Source: Actinomycetota bacterium (GTDB lineage Bacteria; Actinomycetota; Actinomycetes; Actinomycetales; Microbacteriaceae). Taken from it: a DNA stretch of 64,000 bases. A program made the position numbers and the translations under genes. The DNA lies in NCBI GenBank assembly GCA_041191645.1, contig JBEEOK010000066.1:53232-117231 (forward strand), read 5' to 3'. Of the stretch, positions 9,358 to 18,763 are shown piece by piece. How positions within the stretch are numbered: position 1 is the first letter of the stretch; every line of letters starts with the position of its first letter. The notes beneath the pieces are model-generated. The model did not search any database, had not been told where the DNA came from, and saw only the letters and a program-made list of their open reading frames with translations.

Positions 9358-10110
9358 TTAGGCCTTAACGTATCTGTCGTAGCCCTCGGCTTCAAGACGG
9401 TCTGCAAGTTCAGGTCCGCCCTGCTCGGCGATCTTTCCGGCAACAAAAACGTGAACGAAGTCAGGCTTGATGTAGCGAAGAATTCGGGTGTAGTGAGTGA
9501 TCAGAAGCAGACCGAAGTCGTTGGCGCTCTTGGCGCGGTTTACGCCCTCTGAAACAATCTTGAGCGCGTCAACGTCAAGGCCAGAGTCGGTCTCATCTAG
9601 GACGGCAAATTTTGGCTTTAGAAGCTCTAGCTGAAGAATTTCGTGACGCTTCTTCTCACCACCAGAGAAGCCCTCGTTTACGTTGCGCTCAGTGAAAGAG
9701 GCGTCCATGTTCAGAGCATCCATGGCGCCGCGCACTTCCTTGATCCAGTTACGCAGAGCTGGTGCTTCGCCATCAATTGCGGTCTTGGCAGTGCGTAGAA
9801 AGTTAGAAACCGATACACCCGGGATCTCGACTGGGTACTGCATGGCCAAGAAGAGACCAGCGCGAGCGCGCTCGTCCACGCTCATCTCGAGCACGTTTTC
9901 GCCATCGAGCAGGATTTCACCCTCGGTGACCTCGTATTTTGGGTGTCCGGCAATGGTGTAAGCCAAGGTTGACTTACCCGAACCGTTAGGGCCCATGATT
10001 GCGTGGCTCTCACCAGAGCGAATGACCAGGTCGACGCCCTTCAGGATCTCTTTGGTGCCCTGATCGGTCTCAACGGTTACGTGGAGGTTTTTTATTTCAA
10101 GAATTGACAT
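9358..10110 (-). CDS. sufC: Fe-S assembly ATPase SufC
   Basis: [35 protein letters not shown]. Confidence 0.97.
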   Translation of the reverse strand: MSILEIKNLHVTVETDQGTKEILKGVDLVIRSGESHAIMGPNGSGKSTLAYTIAGHPKYEVTEGEILLDGENVLEMSVDERARAGLFLAMQYPVEIPGVSVSNFLRTAKTAIDGEAPALRNWIKEVRGAMDALNMDASFTERNVNEGFSGGEKKRHEILQLELLKPKFAVLDETDSGLDVDALKIVSEGVNRAKSANDFGLLLITHYTRILRYIKPDFVHVFVAGKIAEQGGPELADRLEAEGYDRYVKA

Positions 10111-10137
10111 TATTTTCTTCTTCTCTGGAGGTCTTCG

Positions 10138-10455
10138 TTATTCGGCATCGATTTCAAGGAATATTTCGTCGTTCTCGACGATTACCTCGTAGGCGGCCAC
10201 GGGTTCGTATGCAGGCAGAGTAAGGGCCTCGCCGGTCTCAAGCGAGAACTTAGCACCATGCGCCCAGCACTCAACGGTCTTATCTTTTCCGATGAAGCCT
10301 TCACTCAGCGAAATCTCGCCGTGTGAGCACTTGTCGTCAAGTGCATAAAAGTCGCCGTCTTTGGTCTTGAAAATCGCGATAACAAGCTCACCGATGGTTA
10401 CCTTGATGGCCTTACCAGCTTTGATTTCGTCGACTTTGCAGATACGTACTGCCAT
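10138..10455 (-). CDS. Rieske-type ferredoxin
   Basis: C-x-H (CSH) and C-x2-H (CWAH) Rieske ligands. Confidence 0.9.
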   Translation of the reverse strand: MAVRICKVDEIKAGKAIKVTIGELVIAIFKTKDGDFYALDDKCSHGEISLSEGFIGKDKTVECWAHGAKFSLETGEALTLPAYEPVAAYEVIVENDEIFLEIDAE

Positions 10456-11639
10456 TATGAATCGCTCCTTGCTAGTTCGGCCTCGATGGCGTCGGTCAGA
10501 CGAGACTCAATCTCATCGTTTCCAATTTGTTGAATGATTTCGTTCAAGAATCCACGAACGACCAGGCGGCGGGCCTCAATCTCAGGAATTCCTCGAGCCT
10601 GTAGGTAGAACAACTGTTCATCGTCAAAGCGGCCGCTCGCCGAAGCGTGCCCGGCGCCGGCAATTTGACCAGTTTCAATCTCAAGGTTTGGCACTGAGTC
10701 AGCACGTGCGCCATCGGTTAGCAGTAGGTTGCGGTTCAACTCGTAGGTGTCAGTGCCTTCGGCGGCCATGCGAATCAAGACGTCACCAACCCAGACGGTG
10801 TGAGCGCCATCGCCCTGGAGCGCACCTTTATAGGTGACACGAGATTTGCAGTTTGGAACTGCATGGTCAACATACAAGCGGTGCTCAAGGTGCTGGTCTT
10901 CATCGGCAAAGTACATGCCGAGAAGGTTTACGTCACCGCCAGGCTGGGTAAATTCTGCAGAGGTGCTTACACGAACGGTTTCTCCGCCCAGGCTGACTAC
11001 CAGATGCTTCAACCTTGAGTTGCGCCCTAGCCTGGCCATTTGAGTGGAGGCATGTACCGCTTCAGCGTTCCAATCCTGAATCGAAATCAGGGTGAGTTCG
11101 GCCTCATCTTCGACGACAATCTCGAGGTTTTCGCTCAAAATGGCGTCACCTTTGTGGTCCAGGATTACGGTTGCTTGCGCAAACTTCTTGGCCTCAACAA
11201 TTAGGTGAAGCGCGCTTGGCTCAGTTGATTCAGACTTTAGGGTCAGCTGTACCTCTGACTTGGTATTGCTCGGCAGAGTCACTAGGTACGCCTGCTGTGC
11301 GGAGCTCCAGGCGGCCGCGCTAGGGCGCTCTTCAGGAATTCCAGCGGCACCGAATGCTGGGTTTTCTGCGCCAACCCATGCTGTTTGAACACCATCGGTG
11401 TGCTTGATCTCAAGATCGCCAACGTACTCGGCAAGGGCGTCTGCGTCTAGACCTTTTAGTCGAGCGGCAGGCAAATAACGCCACTGCTCTTCACGAGCAG
11501 AAATGGCAGGAAAGTCAGCAACGTTGGTCGAACGCAGGCGTTCGTAGCGAGTCTGAATAGGAGCACCGGCACCGTGGCTGTGTGCCTCGAGGCCGTGCTG
11601 AACTGAACCGCTCGTCGCGGTTGGGGTTGAGGTTGTCAC
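10455..11639 (-). CDS. sufD: Fe-S assembly protein SufD
   Basis: EQWRY, RADSVPNLEIETG, GHAS..GRFDDEQLFYL.ARGI. Confidence 0.95.
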   Translation of the reverse strand: MTTSTPTATSGSVQHGLEAHSHGAGAPIQTRYERLRSTNVADFPAISAREEQWRYLPAARLKGLDADALAEYVGDLEIKHTDGVQTAWVGAENPAFGAAGIPEERPSAAAWSSAQQAYLVTLPSNTKSEVQLTLKSESTEPSALHLIVEAKKFAQATVILDHKGDAILSENLEIVVEDEAELTLISIQDWNAEAVHASTQMARLGRNSRLKHLVVSLGGETVRVSTSAEFTQPGGDVNLLGMYFADEDQHLEHRLYVDHAVPNCKSRVTYKGALQGDGAHTVWVGDVLIRMAAEGTDTYELNRNLLLTDGARADSVPNLEIETGQIAGAGHASASGRFDDEQLFYLQARGIPEIEARRLVVRGFLNEIIQQIGNDEIESRLTDAIEAELARSDS

Positions 11640-13057
11640 TAGCCGACGGCCCCTTCCATCTGCATTTCGATGAGCTTGTTCAGCTCAAGGGCGTATTCCA
11701 TCGGTAGTTCCTTAGCAATTGGTTCGATGAAGCCACGAACAATCATGGCCATGGCCTCGTCTTCCGGCATTCCTCGAGACTGTAGGTAAAAGAGTTGCTC
11801 TTCGCTCACGCGCGAAACGGTGGCCTCGTGTCCCATTGAAACGTCATCTTCTCGAACGTCTACAGCGGGGTAGGTGTCAGAGCGTGAGATGGTGTCAACC
11901 AAAAGGGCATCGCAACGCACAGTGTTGGCAGAGTGGTGTGCACCAGGCATCACGCGAATCTCGCCGCGGTATGAAGTGCGGCCACCGCCACGAGCGATTG
12001 ATTTAGAAACAATCGAAGAGCTGGTGTTTGGAGCAAGGTGAATCATCTTGGCACCAGCATCTTGGTGCTGACCTTCACCTGCGAATGCAACAGAAAGGGT
12101 CTCGCCTCGAGCGTATTCGCCAGCCAGGATTACTGCTGGGTACTTCATGGTTACCTTCGAGCCGATGTTGCCATCGATCCACTCCATTGTTGCGCCTTCA
12201 TGGCAGATAGCTCGCTTGGTAACTAGGTTGTAGACGTTGTTAGACCAGTTCTGAATAGTCGTGTAGCGAACGCGGGCACCCTTTTTAACAATGATTTCAA
12301 CCACAGCTGAGTGCAGGGAATCGGATTGGTAGATCGGTGCGGTGCAGCCCTCGATGTAGTGAACGTAAGAGTCCTCATCAGCGATGATCAGGGTTCGTTC
12401 AAACTGACCCATGTTCTCGGTGTTAATTCGGAAATAAGCCTGAAGTGGAATTTCTACGTGAACACCCTTTGGAACATAAACAAATGAACCGCCCGACCAA
12501 ACCGCGGTGTTGAGGGCAGCAAACTTGTTGTCGCCGGCGGGAATCACAGTGCCGAAGTGTTCTTTGAAGATCTCTGGGTGTTCTTTGAGGGCCGTATCGG
12601 TGTCTAAGAAAATGACGCCCTGAGCCTCGAGGTCCTCACGAATCTGGTGGTACACCACTTCTGACTCGTATTGAGCTGCAACGCCGGCAACCAATCGGTT
12701 GCGCTCGGCCTCTGGAATACCCAAGCGCTCGTAGGTGTTGCGAATGTCTTCTGGAAGCTCTTCCCATGAGCTGGCCTGGCGCTCGGTTGACCTCACAAAG
12801 TACTTGATGTTGTCAAAGTCGATGCCGCTTAGGTCTGATCCCCAGCTTGGCATTGGTTTTTTACCGAAGAAATCAAAACCCTTTAGTCGGCGTTCCAACA
12901 TCCACTCTGGCTCGCTTTTCAGATTCGAAATGTTGCGAACTACGCCCTCGTTGATGCCGCGCTGGGCAGTTGCACCGGCGGTATCTTTGTCGGCCCAGCC
13001 AAACTCGTAAACCCCAAGGCTGTCGAGTTCTGGTCGGTCAATGATGATGTCGGACAA
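11639..13057 (-). CDS. sufB: Fe-S assembly protein SufB (no intein)
   Basis: [32 protein letters not shown]; TTG start with AGGAGG SD. Confidence 0.97.
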   Translation of the reverse strand: MSDIIIDRPELDSLGVYEFGWADKDTAGATAQRGINEGVVRNISNLKSEPEWMLERRLKGFDFFGKKPMPSWGSDLSGIDFDNIKYFVRSTERQASSWEELPEDIRNTYERLGIPEAERNRLVAGVAAQYESEVVYHQIREDLEAQGVIFLDTDTALKEHPEIFKEHFGTVIPAGDNKFAALNTAVWSGGSFVYVPKGVHVEIPLQAYFRINTENMGQFERTLIIADEDSYVHYIEGCTAPIYQSDSLHSAVVEIIVKKGARVRYTTIQNWSNNVYNLVTKRAICHEGATMEWIDGNIGSKVTMKYPAVILAGEYARGETLSVAFAGEGQHQDAGAKMIHLAPNTSSSIVSKSIARGGGRTSYRGEIRVMPGAHHSANTVRCDALLVDTISRSDTYPAVDVREDDVSMGHEATVSRVSEEQLFYLQSRGMPEDEAMAMIVRGFIEPIAKELPMEYALELNKLIEMQMEGAVG

Positions 13058-13122
13058 GCCGGCCTCCTATGTGAATGTTGAAACCAAGTGGTTATCTTGG
13101 CCCTACAGAGTCTGTGAGTGTC

Positions 13123-13150
13123 AACTAGGCAAATGCTTGGAACTATTCCC
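13123..13150 (-). promoter_or_regulatory. Putative SigH/SigR-type (ECF) promoter of the suf operon
   Basis: Minus strand GGGAAT-19 nt-GTT, matching the GGAAY-N18/19-GTT consensus. Confidence 0.45.
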
Positions 13151-13270
13151 TGTAAAACAACAACTTGCGCTGTGTAAAGATGGAATTAGGAAAGTTCTCT
13201 GGAGCGCGTCTTTACGCCCTGGAAATAGTTGAAACTATCCGCAAGTTTACTTCCAAGGGCCTGTTTTATA
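13127..13270. ncRNA. Candidate structured RNA of unknown family, strand undetermined
   Basis: Five perfect 7-8 bp complementary pairs plus shorter ones within ~145 nt of intergenic DNA (see findings). Confidence 0.4.
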
Positions 13271-13304
13271 AAGCCAAAAATTGCAGTGAAAGGCAGTATT
13301 TCCT

Positions 13305-14225
13305 TTGATTACCAAGTTGTTCAAAAATATTGCGAATACTCCCCTGTTTTCGGCGGCAAGGTTACCCCTTTACGTGTGGCTTTCTCTGGTTAGTCAGATT
13401 CTGATTGTTGTAACCGGTGGAATCGTTCGCCTGACCGGCTCGGGTTTAGGTTGCCCAACCTGGCCAAAGTGCACCGAGGAGTCGTTTACCACCGTGCCAG
13501 AAATGGGAATTCACGGCGTCATTGAGTTTGCAAACCGTTTACTTACCTTTGTCCTTGCACTGATTGCCCTACTGACATTCATTGTCGTAGTTCGGCTGGG
13601 AAAGCAGCTACGCAAAGGTCTATTCGTACCTGCATTGCTGCTTGGCTTGGGTATTCCCGCGCAGGCCGTGCTAGGTGGATTTACCGTGCTTACCCAGCTC
13701 AACCCATGGTTTGTTGGCGCGCACTTTGTGTTGAGTGGAATCATGATTGCAATTGCAGCAGTCCTAGTGTTTCGCGCTCTGCCGCCTAAGCAGGTGGCGG
13801 TGCCAAAATCTCTGAAGTTATTAGCCACGCCTGTGGCAGTAATCGGTGCAATTTCTGTTCTGGTTGGCGTGCTGGTAACTGGTGCCGGACCGCACTCCGG
13901 TGACGCAAACAGCATTAGAAATGGGCTGGACCTGGAGATCTGGCAGCACATCCACAGTTACCCGGCCTATTTGCTCATTGTGTTGGTCCTGTGGCAGCTC
14001 GTAATTCTCTACCGTCGTGATCGTTTGGCATCAAATTTCCAAACCCGTTCGGTCGTGTGGCTGTTTGTTGCCCTGGTGCTACAAGCTGTAATTGGGGTTG
14101 CTCAGGCAAGGCTTGGTGTTCCACCGCTATTGGTTGCATTGCACATGCTCGGTGCGTCGGTGATTTGTGCTCTCCTAACTTTCCAATGGCTTGCCATTCG
14201 CGGTAAAAACGCTCGTGAAAACTAA
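13305..14225 (+). CDS. ctaA: Heme A synthase (COX15/CtaA)
   Basis: GG.VRLTGSGLGCPTWPKC, IEFANR, GAHF, GPHSGD, HIHS, LHMLG; ~8 TM helices. TTG start is uncertain. Confidence 0.88.
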   Translation: MITKLFKNIANTPLFSAARLPLYVWLSLVSQILIVVTGGIVRLTGSGLGCPTWPKCTEESFTTVPEMGIHGVIEFANRLLTFVLALIALLTFIVVVRLGKQLRKGLFVPALLLGLGIPAQAVLGGFTVLTQLNPWFVGAHFVLSGIMIAIAAVLVFRALPPKQVAVPKSLKLLATPVAVIGAISVLVGVLVTGAGPHSGDANSIRNGLDLEIWQHIHSYPAYLLIVLVLWQLVILYRRDRLASNFQTRSVVWLFVALVLQAVIGVAQARLGVPPLLVALHMLGASVICALLTFQWLAIRGKNAREN

Positions 14226-15607
14226 TGGCTAGGGTCTTCTGGTTTCGCCGTGATTTGCGCCTACAGGACAACGTTGCACTAAATCAGGCCATAAATTCTG
14301 CCATCGCCGAGGGTGACGCCAGAGTGGCGCCAGTGTATGCGCTAAATATTCAGGACTTCAAGGCACTTGAGGGAATCCGCCAATGGTCACTGGTCGAGTC
14401 GCTGCGCTCTTTGCAGGCGTCTTTGGGCGGCAACCTATCGGTGCTTCAAGGAGAACAAGCACAGTCACTGGTTGGGGCGGCCCTGAAAGTAGGTGCCACT
14501 GTTGTGCATGCCACCAGAGCCTTCGACACAGTGGGTATCGCTGAACAAAACGCTGTTGGTCTGGCGCTTCGTGATGCAGGAGTATTTTTGCAGCTCGATG
14601 ACAGCTACTACGCGGTCTCGCCGGGATCGGTAATCAAACCAGACGGCAGCCCTTATCGGGTCTACACCCCGTTTTTCAAGAACTGGTTTCAGCTGGGTTG
14701 GGCTCAGCCGGTTGCGCTCGCCGAAGGCGCAAAGTGGCTTTCTTTTGCCGAAAATACGGGATTGCCCGAACCCACTAAGACATCTCCAATCCCAGTTCGG
14801 GCTGGTGAGAAATTTGCTGAGCGCACATTTGAGCGCTTCAAACTGCGTGCGCTGAACAACTATGACGAAGCCCGCAATCGAGCAGATCTTTCGGGTACTT
14901 CGCACCTAAGCCATGCGCTTGCCTTTGGCGAAATTCACCCGCGCACAATTTTGGCTGATTTGCAGGAATCACCAGGCCATGACGTATTTAGAAAAGAGAT
15001 AGCCTGGCGCGAGTTTTACGCAGACGTGTTATTTCATAATCAGCACACAAACCGGGACTACTACGAGCCTAGATTCGCCAAAATGCGTTATGACCAAGGG
15101 CCTGAAGCTGAAGCCAAATTTACCGCCTGGAAGCTCGGCAAGACCGGCTATCCAATGGTGGATGCTGGAATGCGGCAACTGCTGACTACCGGTTGGATGC
15201 ACAACCGAGTTCGAATGATCGTGGCGTCATTCCTAATTAAAGATTTGCACCTTGAGTGGCAATTGGGTGCCGAGTGGTTTGAGCAGAATCTAAGCGACTT
15301 CGACCCCGCGTCAAATGCACATGGTTGGCAATGGACTGCCGGCTGTGGCACTGACGCATCACCGTATTACCGAGTTTTCAACCCTGTACTTCAGGGGTAC
15401 AAGTTCGACCCGCGCGGCGATTACGTTCGCAAGTACGTGCCTGAATTAGCTCACATCTATGGACCCGATGTTCACGAGCCTTGGTTGCGTCTTGATGGTT
15501 TGAACCACGGATACCCAGCACGAATTGTCGACCACGGGACTGAACGAGACGAATCGCTCGCTCGACTAAAAGAGATTAAGCAAACACCAGAGGATCTACA
15601 GCGATAG
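14225..15607 (+). CDS. phrB: CPD DNA photolyase (cryptochrome/photolyase family)
   Basis: WFRRDLRL.DN, TS.LS, E..WREFY, GKTGYP.VDAGMRQL..TGWMHNRVRM, DFD.ASN..GWQW, RVFNP; has the Asn typical of photolyases at the FAD N5 position. Confidence 0.9.
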   Translation: MARVFWFRRDLRLQDNVALNQAINSAIAEGDARVAPVYALNIQDFKALEGIRQWSLVESLRSLQASLGGNLSVLQGEQAQSLVGAALKVGATVVHATRAFDTVGIAEQNAVGLALRDAGVFLQLDDSYYAVSPGSVIKPDGSPYRVYTPFFKNWFQLGWAQPVALAEGAKWLSFAENTGLPEPTKTSPIPVRAGEKFAERTFERFKLRALNNYDEARNRADLSGTSHLSHALAFGEIHPRTILADLQESPGHDVFRKEIAWREFYADVLFHNQHTNRDYYEPRFAKMRYDQGPEAEAKFTAWKLGKTGYPMVDAGMRQLLTTGWMHNRVRMIVASFLIKDLHLEWQLGAEWFEQNLSDFDPASNAHGWQWTAGCGTDASPYYRVFNPVLQGYKFDPRGDYVRKYVPELAHIYGPDVHEPWLRLDGLNHGYPARIVDHGTERDESLARLKEIKQTPEDLQR

Positions 15608-16451
15608 CCACGAAAAGCAGCGTCAGGTAGATGTTGGAAATGTGGAACAGTGGCATTGGCTTGCTGATCTCACCGGTGAGTGACTGTTTGAAAAGACGAG
15701 TGGCTGCCCAAATGAACCAGACTCCCCCGGCAAAAGCGGTAACGCCGTAGATCCAACTCAAGCCGGCAACCGGAATAAGGACCAAAGTCGAGACTGCAAC
15801 AGCCCAGGCGTAAAGGACAATCTGGGTGCCAACAGTCTTTGGTCCGCGAACCACGGGCAACATCGGAACACCGGCACGCGCGTAGTCGTCCCGGTACTTG
15901 ACGGCTAGTGGCCAGTAGTGTGGCGGGGTCCAGAGGAAGATAATCAAAAAGAGCACCCAAGGTGTAAGCGAAAGGTCGCCGGTCACAGCGGCCCAACCAA
16001 TCAGCACTGGGGCTGCACCTGCTGCACCTCCCCAAACAATGTTTTGCGGAGTCCAACGCTTGAGCACCATGGTGTACAGCAATACGTAAAACAGCACTGC
16101 GGCCAAAGAAATCAGAGAGGCTAGCCAGTTTACGAAGAAGCCAAGCCAAAGCACCGATGCAATCCCGATGAGCCAAGAAAACGCCAAAGCTTCTTTTTGC
16201 GTAAGTTCACCCGTGACCAGTGGGCGGCTCTTGGTGCGGCCCATGATTTTGTCAATGTCGGTGTCGTAGTAGCAATTGAAAGAGTTTGCCGACCCCGCGC
16301 TGAGGGCGCCACCAATTAGGGTTGCCAAAACCAGCCACAGGTCGGGCATTCCGCCTTCGGCAAGCACCATGGTTGGCAACGTGGTGATCAGCAAAAGCTC
16401 AATTACACGGGGCTTGGTCAGCGCAATGTAGGCCTTGGTTTTTTTTAGCAT
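15576..16451 (-). CDS. ctaB: Heme O synthase (protoheme IX farnesyltransferase)
   Basis: LTKPRVIELL, D.DID..M.RT..RPL, WTPPHYW, DY..AGVPMLPV; start moved to ATG 16451. Confidence 0.93.
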   Translation of the reverse strand: MLKKTKAYIALTKPRVIELLLITTLPTMVLAEGGMPDLWLVLATLIGGALSAGSANSFNCYYDTDIDKIMGRTKSRPLVTGELTQKEALAFSWLIGIASVLWLGFFVNWLASLISLAAVLFYVLLYTMVLKRWTPQNIVWGGAAGAAPVLIGWAAVTGDLSLTPWVLFLIIFLWTPPHYWPLAVKYRDDYARAGVPMLPVVRGPKTVGTQIVLYAWAVAVSTLVLIPVAGLSWIYGVTAFAGGVWFIWAATRLFKQSLTGEISKPMPLFHISNIYLTLLFVAIAVDPLVFA

Positions 16452-16638
16452 TTCTAATAAGTGTAAATCAACGACATACTTCGTTATTCCTTCGAGTTGA
16501 AAAACCCTTAGGTAGTAGACTTTTGCTTGAACTTCATCGGGTTTCTGCACGTTTTCGTGCCTGATTTACCCCCTTTGGCAATGACGCCGAGCCATTTCTT
16601 CATCCCGCTCTCAATAAACACTAGAAAAGGAGCTGCTC

Positions 16639-18729
16639 TTGTCAGCATTCCAATGGACCGAACTCGACACCAAGGCAGTGGACACCGCACGTGTGCTTGC
16701 CGCCGATGCAGTTGAAAAAGTGGGTAACGGCCACCCTGGAACCGCAATTAGCCTGGCTCCGGTTGCCTACTTGCTTTTCAACAAGGTAATGCGTCACGAT
16801 CCAAAGGATGACCGCTGGCTTGGCCGCGACCGCTTCATTTTGAGCGTTGGTCACAGCTCGCTGACTATCTACAACCAGCTTTACCTGCACGGTTACGGTC
16901 TTGAGCTTGATGACATTAAGGCGCTGCGCACCTGGGGCTCAGCAACACCTGGTCACCCTGAGTATGGTCACACCAAGGGTGTAGAAATCACCACCGGTCC
17001 TTTGGGTCAGGGTCTTGCTTCGGCAACTGGCTTTGCCTACGCATCGCGTTTTGAGCGTGGCTTGTTTGACCCGCAGGCTGCCGAGGGGCAGTCACCGTTC
17101 GACCACTTTGTTTATGTAATTGCTGGCGACGGCGACATGCAAGAGGGTGTTACCTCTGAGGCTGCATCGCTTGCTGGTCACCAAAAACTTGGCAACTTGG
17201 TGGTCATTTACGACTCAAACCAGATTTCAATCGAAGACGACACCAACATTTCATTTACCGAGAATGTAAATGCTCGCTACGAGTCATACGGTTGGCACAC
17301 CCAGACTGTTGACTGGAAGAAGACTGGCAACTACGTAGAAGACATCGAAGAGCTGTACAACGCGATTCAGAAGGCCAAGTCAGTGACTGACAAGCCGTCT
17401 CTAATCACCCTGCGCACCATCATTGGTTGGCCGTCTCCAAAGAAACAAAACTCGGGCAAGATTCACGGATCAGCTTTGGGTGCCGACGAGCTTGCCGGTC
17501 TGAAGACCGTTTTGGGCTTCGACCCAGAGAAAACCTTTGAGGTTGCACCAGAGGTCATCGCTCACACTCGCAACACCGAGCGTTTTGACCGCGAGCGTTC
17601 AGCTTGGGAAGCATCATTCGACGCTTGGGCGTCAGAGAACGCTGACAAGAAGCACATGCTTGACCGCATTGTTGCCGGAGAGACTCCTGAGGGTCTAGAA
17701 GCAGCCCTTCCAGTGTTCGAGAACGGTAGCTCTGTCTCTACCCGCGTTGCTTCGGGCAAGGTCATTAACGCCATCGCAGGCGTTATGCCAGAGTTCTGGG
17801 GTGGTTCTGCCGACCTAGCTGACTCCAACATGACCACTATCGCCGGAGCCAAGTCATTTGTTCCAACCGAGTGGTCAACTCACGAGTGGACTGGCGACCA
17901 GTATGGTCGCGTGTTGCACTTTGGTATCCGTGAGCACGCAATGGGCTCAATCTTGAATGGAATCGTTTTGCACGGAAACACTCGTGCATTCGGTGGAACC
18001 TTCTTGATCTTCAGCGACTACATGCGACCAGCCGTGCGTCTAGCAGCTTTGATGGGTATTCCGTCTATCTTCGTTTGGACTCACGACTCAGTGGCTCTTG
18101 GCGAGGACGGCCCAACTCACCAGCCAATCGAACAGTTGGCTACCCTTCGCGCCATCCCAAACCTAGACATGGTTCGCCCAGCAGACGGAAACGAAACCGC
18201 TTACGCCTGGAAGACCGTACTTGAGCGCCGCCAGGGACCTGCCGGTCTTGCTCTGAGCCGTCAGAACCTGCCGGTTTACGCTCGTGGAGAGGCAGACGAG
18301 ACCGGTGCGGTTTATGCCGGTGCCGAGAACACTTCTAAGGGCGCTTACACCTTGCTAGAGGCAGCTAATGGCAAGCCTGAGGTCATCTTGATTGCCACCG
18401 GTTCAGAGGTTGAAATTGCCGTTGCGGCCCGACTGCAGCTTGAAGCTCAGGGTGTTGCTACCCGCGTGGTTTCGGCACCATGTCTTGAGTGGTTCGACGA
18501 GCAACCTGCCGAATACCGTGAGCAGGTTCTGCCAGCGGCAGTTGCAGCCAAGGTATCTGTTGAGGCTGGCATCAGCCTAGGTTGGAACAAGTACGTTGGC
18601 CCATTTGGCAAGAGCGTATCTATTGAGCACTTTGGTGCCTCTGCTGACCCTAAGACTCTTTACCGCGAATTTGGCATGACTGCTGAAGCAGTAGTTTCAG
18701 CAGCCAAATCATGCGTAGCAAATAACTAA
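16639..18729 (+). CDS. tkt: Transketolase
   Basis: [36 protein letters not shown]. Confidence 0.97.
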   Translation: MSAFQWTELDTKAVDTARVLAADAVEKVGNGHPGTAISLAPVAYLLFNKVMRHDPKDDRWLGRDRFILSVGHSSLTIYNQLYLHGYGLELDDIKALRTWGSATPGHPEYGHTKGVEITTGPLGQGLASATGFAYASRFERGLFDPQAAEGQSPFDHFVYVIAGDGDMQEGVTSEAASLAGHQKLGNLVVIYDSNQISIEDDTNISFTENVNARYESYGWHTQTVDWKKTGNYVEDIEELYNAIQKAKSVTDKPSLITLRTIIGWPSPKKQNSGKIHGSALGADELAGLKTVLGFDPEKTFEVAPEVIAHTRNTERFDRERSAWEASFDAWASENADKKHMLDRIVAGETPEGLEAALPVFENGSSVSTRVASGKVINAIAGVMPEFWGGSADLADSNMTTIAGAKSFVPTEWSTHEWTGDQYGRVLHFGIREHAMGSILNGIVLHGNTRAFGGTFLIFSDYMRPAVRLAALMGIPSIFVWTHDSVALGEDGPTHQPIEQLATLRAIPNLDMVRPADGNETAYAWKTVLERRQGPAGLALSRQNLPVYARGEADETGAVYAGAENTSKGAYTLLEAANGKPEVILIATGSEVEIAVAARLQLEAQGVATRVVSAPCLEWFDEQPAEYREQVLPAAVAAKVSVEAGISLGWNKYVGPFGKSVSIEHFGASADPKTLYREFGMTAEAVVSAAKSCVANN

Positions 18730-18763
18730 GTTCAAACTTTTCAAGAAAATCGGAGAAATAATC

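Noticed and set aside
11639-13057. Intein in SufB
   Set aside because: The protein is the normal ~470 aa and the EGCTAP insertion site is uninterrupted.
13186-13204. Possible IdeR/DtxR box (TTAGGAAAG...)
   Set aside because: Only the first half-site resembles TTAGGTTAGSCTAACCTAA; there is no dyad.
13041-13232. 63-aa ORF or Cys-containing leader peptide in the suf-ctaA spacer
   Set aside because: Overlaps the sufB start antisense with no SD. The minus-strand Cys-Cys frame has no start codon after its upstream stop.
13520-13540. CtaA ExxHR motif reads EFANR (His to Asn)
   Set aside because: As far as I recall, Asn at this position is the usual state in actinobacterial CtaA, so it is not locus-specific.
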